Assembly: GCA_017467515.1 (NCBI GenBank)
Contig: JAFUSU010000030.1
Coordinates: forward strand, 215 to 64,214
DNA: 64,000 nt
Direction of reading: 5' to 3'
Source: Alphaproteobacteria bacterium
GTDB lineage: Bacteria; Pseudomonadota; Alphaproteobacteria; RF32; CAG-239
The first letter of the stretch is position 1. Each line of letters begins with the position of its first letter. Shown here piece by piece: positions 1-8,899 of this stretch. The notes under the pieces were generated by a model, which saw only the letters and a program-made list of their open reading frames with translations, had not been told where the DNA came from and did no database searches. The translations under genes were made by a program, and so were the position numbers.

Positions 1-1922
1 GCTGGAAATTGAATACGTCAACCTACAAATGCGAGGAGAAAGGGTGTTCAACAGGATTCAGCAGTACAGCCATTCAACATTGTAAGAGTTCAACGACAGA
101 AAAGAATGGTAACGGTTTTTGTTATAAATGTACAGAATGTGATGGAGATGACGGCTGGAAATTGAGTGGAACAAGCTGTATTGCCAAAGGGTGTACAGCA
201 TCGACCTCACAAATTGCACATTGTACATCATATTCGGAAGTATCTAAAAGCGGTGGCAGTTATTGTTATAAATGTCAGACATGTGAAGACGGCTATACTT
301 TAAACAGTGCAGGAACAGCATGCACGGCAATTTCCTGTGCAACAAGCAAATCACAAATCAGCTATTGTACGAAATATGAAAAGATAGCAAAAGCCGGTGA
401 TAGCGTATGCTATAAATGTAGCGAATGTGCAAGCGGCTATACCTTAAACAGCGCCGGAACATCTTGCACGGCCAAGAGTTGCGCTACCAACTATACAACG
501 GGGTCAACCAATTTGGCGCAATGTGCAAATGCCATATCTCAAATTGCCGGTGAAAATATTTGTCATACGTGTACATCATGTAATCCGGGATGGAGTGTTA
601 ATAATGGTAAATGTGTAGCAAGCGGATGCCCGTCAGGATACAGCGCATCAGCAGTTACAAATTGCCAATCATCTGATACAACCCCTTCAGGAACAGATAC
701 ATGTTATAAGTGTACAACTTGCAAGAGTGGTTGGAAATTGAGTAGCAATACTTGTGTTGCCAAGACATGTAGCGATTATGGCACCGGATATCAGGGCTCA
801 ACAATTTCTAATTGCTCAACCTCAGATAAACAGCCGGCAGGGAACAGTTATTGCTATAAATGTACGGCTTGTAACAGCGGTTGGACGGTCAGCAACGGAT
901 CTTGTGTTGCCGCGGGATGCCCGACAGGATATAGCGCAGGAACAATTGCAAACTGTTCAAACAGCCAAACCACAACATCGGGTAACGATACATGCTATAA
1001 ATGTACTGCTTGTAATGATGGTTGGACACTGAGCAGTAACACTTGTAATGCAAATGCCTGCAGTGGTTATGGTTTAGCTTCTTGTCCTGATCACGGAAGT
1101 TGTTCAAACTGTAAATCAGGTTCAAATTATAAGTATGCTCTTAATAGCTGTGATAGCGGCTATGAAAAGAGTGGTAACACTTGTAATGCAACATCTTGTA
1201 GCGGCTATGCGTTAAGTTCTTGTCCTGAACACGGTAACTGCGGCACTTGCAAATCAGGTTCAACAACTAAGTATAAGCTTGATAGCTGTGCCAGCGGCTA
1301 TGTAAAGAGCGGTGACATCTGTAATACAATAGATCAAGGTTCTTGTGACGGATATCTATTGACTTGGGATGATATTGAGGCTGATGGTTATATAGATGAC
1401 ACGAAGTCGAATAATTTGAATTTGTATGATCAAAACGGTTGGAATATAAATACTGATTTTGTAACAACCAAAGGTATTGCAATAAGCTGTTTTGATAAAA
1501 ATAATCGTATAACCAGATATAAATACAAATCCTGCCATAACGCTTATGTCAAGGGAACATCTGGAAAATGTGAGAATGCTTGTTCCTATGACAATAGACC
1601 AAGCTTCCCATATACTTCTTATCCTGAGCCTAATAGCGGAGAAAGCTATGGAGCGCTGGTAACCTGTGACTATGGCAATGGAACAAGATATGGTTATGCA
1701 TACTGTGGTTTAGGATATAGGTCGCCATCACAAGGAAAGTGTGAGCCTAATACTTGTGATGCTAGCTATTGGTCTCAATCAGAGTGGGATACCTACTATA
1801 ATGGTGGAGGAATAGGAATATGCCTTGAGAAAGAACTCTGTTATGAAAGAGATAGCATTTATTACAAATGTATAACATGTACTAATGGAGGTAATCCAAC
1901 TTCTGGCTGCCAAATAGAGTAA
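1..1922 (+). CDS. Cys-rich tandem-repeat protein (CxxC repeats, VSP/furin-like), 5'-truncated by the window edge
   Basis: The frame is open to the window start (TGG AAA TTG = W-K-L, matching the internal GWKLS repeat motif). It holds seven CYKCxxCxxG(W/Y) units of about 48 aa, two 46-aa units (138-nt DNA period at 1036/1174/1312) and three degenerate C-terminal units. Confidence 0.85.
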   Translation, partial: WKLNTSTYKCEEKGCSTGFSSTAIQHCKSSTTEKNGNGFCYKCTECDGDDGWKLSGTSCIAKGCTASTSQIAHCTSYSEVSKSGGSYCYKCQTCEDGYTLNSAGTACTAISCATSKSQISYCTKYEKIAKAGDSVCYKCSECASGYTLNSAGTSCTAKSCATNYTTGSTNLAQCANAISQIAGENICHTCTSCNPGWSVNNGKCVASGCPSGYSASAVTNCQSSDTTPSGTDTCYKCTTCKSGWKLSSNTCVAKTCSDYGTGYQGSTISNCSTSDKQPAGNSYCYKCTACNSGWTVSNGSCVAAGCPTGYSAGTIANCSNSQTTTSGNDTCYKCTACNDGWTLSSNTCNANACSGYGLASCPDHGSCSNCKSGSNYKYALNSCDSGYEKSGNTCNATSCSGYALSSCPEHGNCGTCKSGSTTKYKLDSCASGYVKSGDICNTIDQGSCDGYLLTWDDIEADGYIDDTKSNNLNLYDQNGWNINTDFVTTKGIAISCFDKNNRITRYKYKSCHNAYVKGTSGKCENACSYDNRPSFPYTSYPEPNSGESYGALVTCDYGNGTRYGYAYCGLGYRSPSQGKCEPNTCDASYWSQSEWDTYYNGGGIGICLEKELCYERDSIYYKCITCTNGGNPTSGCQIE

Positions 1923-1940
1923 GTTCACCTGATAACAACA

Positions 1941-1969
1941 AACCCCGCCGGATTTACGCGGGGTTTTTT
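1941..1969 (+). terminator. Rho-independent terminator
   Basis: AACCCCGCCG-gattta-CGCGGGGTT hairpin followed by a T run, just after the stop at 1922. Confidence 0.75.
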
Positions 1970-1986
1970 GTTGGTTGTTTTCTAAC

Positions 1987-2172
1987 TCATACTCGGGCGT
2001 TTCTTCTTCCCGTCATACTCGGGCTTGACCACTCCTCTCTTGTCATACTCGGGCTTGACAACTCCTCTCTTGTCATACTCGGGCGCTTCTTCTCTTATCC
2101 GTCATACTCGGGCTTGACCACTCCTCTCTTGTCATACTCGGGCACTTCTTCTCTCTCCCGTCATACTCGGGC
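1987..2172 (+). repeat. Tandem array of 7 REP half-sites (G)TCATACTCGGGC, mostly 29-30 nt apart
   Basis: Copies start at 1987, 2012, 2042, 2072, 2101, 2131 and 2160. The linkers are pyrimidine-rich and some are repeated (TTGACCACTCCTCTCTT). Confidence 0.9.
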
Positions 2173-2404
2173 TTGACCCGAGTATCCATTTGAATAAAGA
2201 ATCAATATGATGATGGACCCTCGTGTCAGGCACGAGGGTGACGGTGTGTGGGGCGATGGACCCTCGTGTCAGGCACGAGGATGACCAGTGGATGTTCTCG
2301 GATGCCGATAGGCATAGGGAGAACAAATGGGACTGGCGGCAATGGGCAAACTGCTCTTTGCCCATTGTCACAATAGAAAAGAAAGCACGAGGGTGACGGT
2401 GTGT
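2159..2404. repeat. CGTC-tagged REP palindromes (REP doublet/cluster) plus extra hairpins
   Basis: 31-nt REP CGTCATACTCGGGCTTGACCCGAGTATCCAT at 2159-2189. Inverted variants lie at 2213-2243 and 2256-2286, with a partial copy at 2385-2404. Further hairpins lie at 2293-2325 and 2338-2369. Confidence 0.8.
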
Positions 2405-2520
2405 TGATAGCCGTTCGGACTTTTTCTTTTTCTATGATTAATAAAATTTATTTGACTCTCATTCACAAATTGAATAACGTAAAAGAGAGCTTAAACAGCT
2501 TTAAATTAAAGGAGTAAAAA

Positions 2521-2988
2521 ATGGTTACAAACGCAAATGTTGCAGAAAAAAATATTTTCAGCAGTTACTTTAATTGTATTAAAAGATATTGCCAATTCAG
2601 AGGGCGCGCAAATCGTTATGAATATTGGTCTTTTGTTTTGGTTAATTTTGTGATTGGTGTGATTTTGGGATATGTTGAAGGTCTTAAAGGTGAACCGCCG
2701 GTATTATCAGGCGCTTATTCTATCTTTATCGTTTTGCCGAGTATTGCCGCTCAAACCAGAAGATTACACGATACTAACAGAAGCGGTTGGTGGCTCGGAG
2801 CTTTGTTGCTGATGATTTTTATTGTTGGTCTTATTCAAGGAATTTTAGAATATAACGGTACTGTTGTCAGTCCGCTTGTTTCTCAGGTTGTCAGCATTAT
2901 TGCCTTAATCTGGATTGTTGTCTTGTTTATCTTTTATGTTAAGAAAGGTAATCCGGAAGAAAATAAATACGGTCAACCGCAAGAATAA
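2521..2988 (+). CDS. DUF805 (YhaH/YhaI-like) inner membrane protein
   Basis: Motifs F.GRA.R.EYW, RRLHD.NRSGWW and G...N.YG; AAGGAG SD. Confidence 0.9.
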   Translation: MVTNANVAEKNIFSSYFNCIKRYCQFRGRANRYEYWSFVLVNFVIGVILGYVEGLKGEPPVLSGAYSIFIVLPSIAAQTRRLHDTNRSGWWLGALLLMIFIVGLIQGILEYNGTVVSPLVSQVVSIIALIWIVVLFIFYVKKGNPEENKYGQPQE

Positions 2989-3003
2989 GATTGTTTGGAA
3001 AAT

Positions 3004-3038
3004 AAAAAAACTCCGCAGGAAATTGCGGAGTTTTTTTT
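3004..3038. terminator. Bidirectional terminator
   Basis: A7-CTCCGCA / TGCGGAG-T8 between convergent genes. Confidence 0.85.
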
Positions 3039-4083
3039 ATAATTGATTTAAAACTTCGACGGCATCATAATCATCTGCTATCAGTGGAGTTAAGCGCGCT
3101 AAATCCTGATATTCTTTTTCCTTTTGAAGAATCTTTTCGGGAAAATAGGGTTTTGAGATTAACTCAGAGATTTTAGAAAAAGTTTCTAAGGCATTATCGG
3201 AAAGATAACCGCAGTGTTGCAAAACAAGTTTGACATTCTCAAAATCTCCGTGGCAGTAACAAACGGCATCACAACCGGCAGTACGGCAAGCAAGCGTTTT
3301 TTCTTGCAATGTTCCTTTCAGTGCTTTCATTTCCAATGCATCGGAAATCAATAACCCCTTAAATCCAAGTTGCTCGCGAATAAGTGTTTGAATGGCTTTG
3401 GGGGACATTGTAATCGGTAAATCATCAATTTCGGATAAAACAATATGCGCCGTCATAGCCATCAGAGCCTGAGGGGCAATTTGTTCAAAGGGGTAAAAAT
3501 AGCGCCTGTTTATGTGTCGGATGGTCGACAATTGCAGATGCGGATCATTTTGGGCACCGCTGTGTCCGGGAATATGCTTAATACAAGGGACAATGCCATA
3601 TTGATTATATGTATGAAGAATAATTTGACTAAGTCCGGTGACAACTTGGGGATTACGAGAAAAACAACGGCTTTTGAGCGCTTTTGTGATGAACGGGGTT
3701 GCAACATCTAAAGCGGGGGCAAAGTTACAGTTAATTCCTGCTTTATGTAAATCATCAGCAATAAGCTCAGCGTGCAATCGAGCTGCTCTTTCGGCCAAAG
3801 ACGCCTCTAAACTACCGATAGCGGTTTGCGCCAGATAAGAACGAAAATGAGGCGGTCTTAAACGACAGACACGACCACCTTCTTGATCTATGGCAATAAG
3901 AATATTATCTCTGCCGACAACAGATTTAATATCGTCGGTTAAATGGTGAAGTTGCCGCGGATCACTTACATTGCGGTCAAATAAAGAAACACCGAGAGGA
4001 TTCTCCTGCTCAAGAATCTGTTTTTCTTCATCGCTCAGCGAGTATCCCGAAATAGATATAATGGCGGCTTTAATCGGTTTCAT
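3037..4083 (-). CDS. nagZ: Beta-N-acetylhexosaminidase (GH3)
   Basis: Motifs DQEGGRV.RL, KHIPGH, DPH, MTAH and ISDALEMKAL. Confidence 0.9.
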   Translation of the reverse strand: MKPIKAAIISISGYSLSDEEKQILEQENPLGVSLFDRNVSDPRQLHHLTDDIKSVVGRDNILIAIDQEGGRVCRLRPPHFRSYLAQTAIGSLEASLAERAARLHAELIADDLHKAGINCNFAPALDVATPFITKALKSRCFSRNPQVVTGLSQIILHTYNQYGIVPCIKHIPGHSGAQNDPHLQLSTIRHINRRYFYPFEQIAPQALMAMTAHIVLSEIDDLPITMSPKAIQTLIREQLGFKGLLISDALEMKALKGTLQEKTLACRTAGCDAVCYCHGDFENVKLVLQHCGYLSDNALETFSKISELISKPYFPEKILQKEKEYQDLARLTPLIADDYDAVEVLNQL

Positions 4084-4142
4084 TTTTGTTCCTTCTTTCT
4101 AAATATGATAAAATAAGAGATTTAACAAACAGTTTAAACTTA

Positions 4143-4171
4143 TTGCAAAACAGCGTCGGTCAGGGTATAAA
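4143..4171 (+). promoter_or_regulatory. Putative sigma70 promoter of the glycosyltransferase operon
   Basis: TTGCAA-17 nt-TATAAA. Confidence 0.5.
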
Positions 4172-4199
4172 TAGAAAAAAATAATGTAAAGGAAAGAGT

Positions 4200-5189
4200 A
4201 TGCCTGCTATTTCATTAATTATTCCGCTTTATAATGCTGAAAAATATTTATGGCCTTGTTTACAGTCAGTTGCAGAACAAACTTTTAAAGATTTTGAGGT
4301 TTTATGTATTAATGACGGCTCAAGTGACAGAACGGAAGAAATTGTTCAATCTTTTGCAAAGCACGATAAGCGATTCAAACTGATAAATCAAAAAAATGCA
4401 GGGTGTTCAATGGCGCGCAATCGCGGTTTGAAAGAAGCTGAGGCACCTTATGTTGCTTTGCTTGATCAAGATGATATGATGCACCCCCAAGCCTTAGAAG
4501 TTCTTTACTATCTTATTAAAAAAGGTAATTATGATGTCGCTGAGTTTGTTAACAAAACCGTACCTGACAATTTTGTTATGCAGAATCCGCCGCATTATGA
4601 ATTGAAAGATATAAAATATCAAGCCTATCAGAATCCGTTTAATTTCTATTTTAAAAATAAACGGGGCGGTTCGGTGTTGGTGTGGAACCGCTTATACAAA
4701 AAAGATGCTATTGCCGGTATTGAATTTCCGAAAGACATTCAGCCGGCCGAGGATACCATTTTTTCTCTTAAAGTGATGTTTCATACCATGAGCATCATTC
4801 ATACGGATACCGAGTTGTTGTATTATCGTGACAGTTCAACGTCAGTAATGAATTTAGGCATTAATGATAAGTATATTAAATCTCATGCGGCTGCCGGAAA
4901 AGTTTTATCGGATTATTTCTTAAAATCTTCTCGCGTACAAAGCAAAAAAGAGAAAGATATTTTACAACGTTATATTACACGTTTTATCTTTAAGTCTGTT
5001 ATTTCGCAACCGTTACGGCGGCTGAAAAATAAAAAAACAAGAGAAGAATCATTGGAAAAAGCACGTCAGTATGCTGTCAGTCTGTATCAGGAAAAGGCAT
5101 TAAAACCACATTTGCTGGGGATGAGAAAGACACTGGCTTGCCATTTGTTTTTTAAGGGACACTATAAATTAGCGAGGTTGTTTGTTTAA
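4200..5189 (+). CDS. Glycosyltransferase family 2
   Basis: Motifs ISLIIPLYN, INDGSSD, ARNRGL, LLDQDD and ED. Confidence 0.9.
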   Translation: MPAISLIIPLYNAEKYLWPCLQSVAEQTFKDFEVLCINDGSSDRTEEIVQSFAKHDKRFKLINQKNAGCSMARNRGLKEAEAPYVALLDQDDMMHPQALEVLYYLIKKGNYDVAEFVNKTVPDNFVMQNPPHYELKDIKYQAYQNPFNFYFKNKRGGSVLVWNRLYKKDAIAGIEFPKDIQPAEDTIFSLKVMFHTMSIIHTDTELLYYRDSSTSVMNLGINDKYIKSHAAAGKVLSDYFLKSSRVQSKKEKDILQRYITRFIFKSVISQPLRRLKNKKTREESLEKARQYAVSLYQEKALKPHLLGMRKTLACHLFFKGHYKLARLFV

Positions 5190-6130
5190 TGAAAATTGAT
5201 GTTGCCGTAAATTCATATAAAAAACCGGAATCTTTAATCTATACTTTGATGACTTTGAAAAAAGTTGCCGGAGATTTAATAGATACGGTTTATATTAATG
5301 ATGACTGCTCTAATGACGGAACATGCGATTTTTATCGCTCGCCGGCAGTGCAGGAATATTTTAAACCGTGGAAACTGGATATAAGAGAAAATCATCAAAA
5401 TATTTATATGCGCACAATATATGTTAAAGGGTATTATGTTGCATATATGAATTGGTTGTATCGCTTGAAACATCGGTCCAGATTTATCAATCGCAAAAAT
5501 TCGCACGATAAATATGATATCAGGTATCAATATGCTTTAGAACATACGGATAAAAAATATTTGTTTGTTATTCACGATGATGTTCAATTTTATCAAAATG
5601 TTCCGGAAGTGTATTTAAAAACATTTGCCGAAAATCCGGATCTGACAATTGTGGGTGATTTTGGTCAATGTTGGCGTTGTCACTTTTCCCCCTTTTGCAC
5701 AACAAAAGATGTTTTGAATGGTAAAAAACCGTCTGTTTGGTGGCCGTATACACCGAATGAAAAAATTGAAAATCCTGATAAATATAATCCGAAACAGGGT
5801 TTCCAGTACGCATGCCGTGTTAATGAGTGGTGTTGTATGCTTAATGTTAAACAGGCCAATGAAGTAACCGAAAAAACACGCGCTTTTTTCGGAAATACCT
5901 ATTCTCACGCAGATACGGGAGCTTATTGGTTTGCAGAAGCCGTCAGACGAGGTTATAAGTTTGCGGATCCTTTGTTGGAAAAAAGAGACGCTTATTATAA
6001 ACATCAATGGCAAGGCTATACGGGAACTTCTGTTTGGGAAGATCAGGGGAGTGGTAAAGCAGTTTATAATCGTCAGCAAATTATTGATTTAATGAAGTCT
6101 GAATTTAATTTTGAATGGCCTGAAAAATAG
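5189..6130 (+). CDS. GT-A fold putative glycosyltransferase
   Basis: INDDCSND and FVIHDDV (DxD-like) motifs; TAATG coupling to the upstream GT2 gene. Confidence 0.7.
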   Translation: MKIDVAVNSYKKPESLIYTLMTLKKVAGDLIDTVYINDDCSNDGTCDFYRSPAVQEYFKPWKLDIRENHQNIYMRTIYVKGYYVAYMNWLYRLKHRSRFINRKNSHDKYDIRYQYALEHTDKKYLFVIHDDVQFYQNVPEVYLKTFAENPDLTIVGDFGQCWRCHFSPFCTTKDVLNGKKPSVWWPYTPNEKIENPDKYNPKQGFQYACRVNEWCCMLNVKQANEVTEKTRAFFGNTYSHADTGAYWFAEAVRRGYKFADPLLEKRDAYYKHQWQGYTGTSVWEDQGSGKAVYNRQQIIDLMKSEFNFEWPEK

Positions 6131-6138
6131 AGGGATAA

Positions 6139-6978
6139 ATGCAGAAAAAAACAAATATATTAAATGGTATACCGGTTTATTGGAAAAAATCAAATATCTA
6201 TCTTAAGGGTGGAAATAATCGCGTTACGCTCGGTAAAGATATTTATATGCATAATACGAAAATCAAACTGTTCGGTAATGCAAGTTTGGAATTAGATGAT
6301 GGGGTTTATATGGAAGGGTGTACTTTTATGATCAAGGATTCCCACGTTCATATCGGCCGTAACAGTGAAATGATGAAGGTTAAAATTTCAGCCTACAATA
6401 AATCATTTATTGATTTAGGGACGGCCTCAACACTTACCGGTGAATTTGATGCCAAAGATAATGCTCAAATTACGGCAAAACGGCTATGGTGTACTTGGCC
6501 GCCTTTGGTTGCTGCCAAAGAAGGAAAAATTGTTATGGCGGATTGCGGGCTAGCTGATACGGTTATTTATAATACGGATTATCACCCGATTTATGATTTT
6601 TCAGGTAAAAGGTTAAATTATAACAAAGATGTGTTTATTGATGATGATGTTTGGGTCGGTCGCAAAACTGCCGTTCTTAAAGGCGTCAATATTGGAAAAG
6701 GAAGTATCTTGGGATTCGGTACAATTGTTAGTAAAGATGTTCCCCCGCACTGCATTGTTGCCGGACAACCGGCACGGATTGTTAAGGAAAATGTCGTTTG
6801 GGCAGCATCAGAAGAAAAGACAGCCGAAGATATGTTTCCGATTAATAATTACGATGAAGCCGCCGCATTTTTACAACGCAGTAAAAATGAAACGGATTAT
6901 CAACGTCATAAATTTAAGAGGACATGCAAAGCAGGAAATTTCTTAAAAGCGTGGTGGGTTGTTCAAAGAAGTAAATAA
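6139..6978 (+). CDS. Left-handed beta-helix (hexapeptide) O-acyltransferase
   Basis: TDYHPIY..., IDDDVWVG...VLKGVNIG.GSILG..TIVSKDVP...VAGQPARIVK. Confidence 0.85.
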   Translation: MQKKTNILNGIPVYWKKSNIYLKGGNNRVTLGKDIYMHNTKIKLFGNASLELDDGVYMEGCTFMIKDSHVHIGRNSEMMKVKISAYNKSFIDLGTASTLTGEFDAKDNAQITAKRLWCTWPPLVAAKEGKIVMADCGLADTVIYNTDYHPIYDFSGKRLNYNKDVFIDDDVWVGRKTAVLKGVNIGKGSILGFGTIVSKDVPPHCIVAGQPARIVKENVVWAASEEKTAEDMFPINNYDEAAAFLQRSKNETDYQRHKFKRTCKAGNFLKAWWVVQRSK

Positions 6979-6980
6979 TA

Positions 6981-7017
6981 TAAAAAAACACCTGATGATA
7001 AATCAGGTGTTTTTTTA
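6981..7017. terminator. Bidirectional terminator
   Basis: A7-CACCTGAT / ATCAGGTG-T7. Confidence 0.85.
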
Positions 7018-7028
7018 TGAAAAAGAGC

Positions 7029-7568
7029 TTAAAATTCTTCTTGTAATTCAAAGAAATAAGCTTGAGGATGGTCGCAGACCGGACATTTTTCCGGAGCCAA
7101 CGGACTCTCTACCCGACAACCGCAGTTAGCACATTCCCAAACAACTTTTGTTGGGCGAGAAAAAATACGGCCTTCGCATAAAGCATTTAATAAGGCTTTA
7201 TATCTCTCCTCGTGATTCTTTTCAATTTGTCCGACTCCGCGGAACATTTCTGCAATTTTTGTAAAACCTTCAGCGTCAGCCTCTTTTGCCATACGCTCAT
7301 ACATATCTGTCCATTCAAAGTTTTCACCGGCCGCCGCATCTCTCAAATTTTCCTCGGTTGAAGGAACGGAACCGTTGTGCAACAATTTAAACCATAATTT
7401 GGCGTGCTCCTTTTCATTATTGGCTGTTTCTTCAAATTTGGCGGCAATAATATTATAGCCTTCTTTTTTTGCTTTTGAGGCATAGTAGGTATACTTATTA
7501 CGGGCTTGTGATTCACCTGCAAAAGCATCCTTTAAATTTTGTTCTGTTTTAGAGCCTTTTAATTCCAT
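7029..7568 (-). CDS. rbr: Rubrerythrin
   Basis: [12 protein letters not shown] and EKEHA motifs; C-terminal rubredoxin-like CANC...CPVC. Confidence 0.95.
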   Translation of the reverse strand: MELKGSKTEQNLKDAFAGESQARNKYTYYASKAKKEGYNIIAAKFEETANNEKEHAKLWFKLLHNGSVPSTEENLRDAAAGENFEWTDMYERMAKEADAEGFTKIAEMFRGVGQIEKNHEERYKALLNALCEGRIFSRPTKVVWECANCGCRVESPLAPEKCPVCDHPQAYFFELQEEF

Positions 7569-7690
7569 AGTCGTATCTCCTGTAAATGTCCTATCGGCAT
7601 ATTGAGGGTAAGCAAAAATAAAAGATTGTCAATCTAATTTTTTATTATTATTTATAATAACATAACTTAACGAAATAAAGGGAAGATGAA

Positions 7691-8872
7691 ATGAGAGCGA
7701 TTGAAATTAAAAAAGACATTTATTGGACAGGTGTTAAAGACTGGAATTTAACGGAATTTCACGGTTATGCGACACCGCACGGTTCAACATATAACAGCTA
7801 TTTGATTATGGATGATAAAATAGCGTTGGTGGACGGAGCAAAATTCTATTTATCCGCAGAACAAATCGCTCGTGTTGAAAGCATAACCGATTTCAGTAAA
7901 ATAACATATATCATTGTAAATCATGTGGAAATGGACCATTCCGGTAACATTCCCGAGTTGATGAAATTAGCTCCTCAGGCTAAAATTGTCACCAATGCCG
8001 CAGGTAAGATGGCTCTGGAAGCTCATTTTGATACAACGGGATGGGAATATCATATTATTAAAATGGGAGATACATTATCTTTGGGACATCATACACTTGA
8101 ATTTATGACAACACCGATGTTGCACTGGCCGGATTCTATGATGACCTTTGTGAAAGAAGATAAACTGTTGCTGTCAAATGACGGTTTCGGTCAACATTAT
8201 GCTTGTGATACAATTTGGGTTAAGGATGTTCCGCTGGATATGATTTGCCAAGAAGCAAAAAGCTATTATGCGAATATTCTGTTTCCTTATGGTGTTCAGG
8301 CAGAAAAAGCTTTAGATACAGCCGGAAAATTAGAATTGGATATTGAAATGATTGCCCCGTCTCACGGTTGTATTTGGTCGGGCAAGGAAGAAGTTTCTAA
8401 AATTTTAGGGCTTTATGCAAAATGGGCAAGCGGACAAAACGAAGGAAAAGCCGTGATTGTCTATGATACAATGTGGGGTGCAACCGCAAAATTAGCAGAA
8501 ACGGCGATGGCCGTATTCCAAGATGCCGGTATTCCTGTGGTTAAACATTGTTTAAGTCATAAACACATTTCAGAAGTAATGGTTGATTTTTTAGATGCCA
8601 AGTATGTACTGATCGGAACACCGACGCTGAATAATCAATTATTTCCGAGAGTTGCCGCTTTTGTAACGTATATGCAGGGGCTTCAGCCTAAAAATAAACG
8701 TGCGATGGCTTTTGGTTCTTACGGTTGGAAAGGCGGTGTCACCGCTAATATTCAAAAAGTTTATGAAGAATTAGGGTGGCAAACGGTTGCACCGTTTGAG
8801 GAAAAATATACACCGAAAGCTGATATTCTGGATAAGATGGCCGATCGTGTCAGAGAGCTCATTGCAGAGTAA
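7691..8872 (+). CDS. fprA: Flavodiiron protein (FprA/A-type flavoprotein)
   Basis: Motifs GSTYNSYLI, HVEMDHSG, HWPD, SNDGFGQH and PSHG; flavodoxin domain with TMWGAT and FGSYGW. Confidence 0.95.
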   Translation: MRAIEIKKDIYWTGVKDWNLTEFHGYATPHGSTYNSYLIMDDKIALVDGAKFYLSAEQIARVESITDFSKITYIIVNHVEMDHSGNIPELMKLAPQAKIVTNAAGKMALEAHFDTTGWEYHIIKMGDTLSLGHHTLEFMTTPMLHWPDSMMTFVKEDKLLLSNDGFGQHYACDTIWVKDVPLDMICQEAKSYYANILFPYGVQAEKALDTAGKLELDIEMIAPSHGCIWSGKEEVSKILGLYAKWASGQNEGKAVIVYDTMWGATAKLAETAMAVFQDAGIPVVKHCLSHKHISEVMVDFLDAKYVLIGTPTLNNQLFPRVAAFVTYMQGLQPKNKRAMAFGSYGWKGGVTANIQKVYEELGWQTVAPFEEKYTPKADILDKMADRVRELIAE

Positions 8873-8874
8873 GC

Positions 8875-8899
8875 AAAGCGGGTTTTATCCCGCTTTTTT
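8875..8899. terminator. Terminator between convergent fprA and MATE genes
   Basis: AAAGCGGG / CCCGCTTTTTT. Confidence 0.65.

Noticed and set aside
1330-1922. Diversity-generating retroelement variable region
   Set aside because: No template repeat differing at adenines and no reverse transcriptase were seen in the window. A DGR acting in trans cannot be excluded.
1987-2189. CRISPR array
   Set aside because: The repeat is only 13 nt, the linkers are 13-17 nt, low-complexity and repeated, there are no cas genes, and the unit is half of a REP palindrome.
2132-2371. 79-aa minus-strand ORF
   Set aside because: It runs through GC-rich palindromic repeats, so the open frame is likely incidental.
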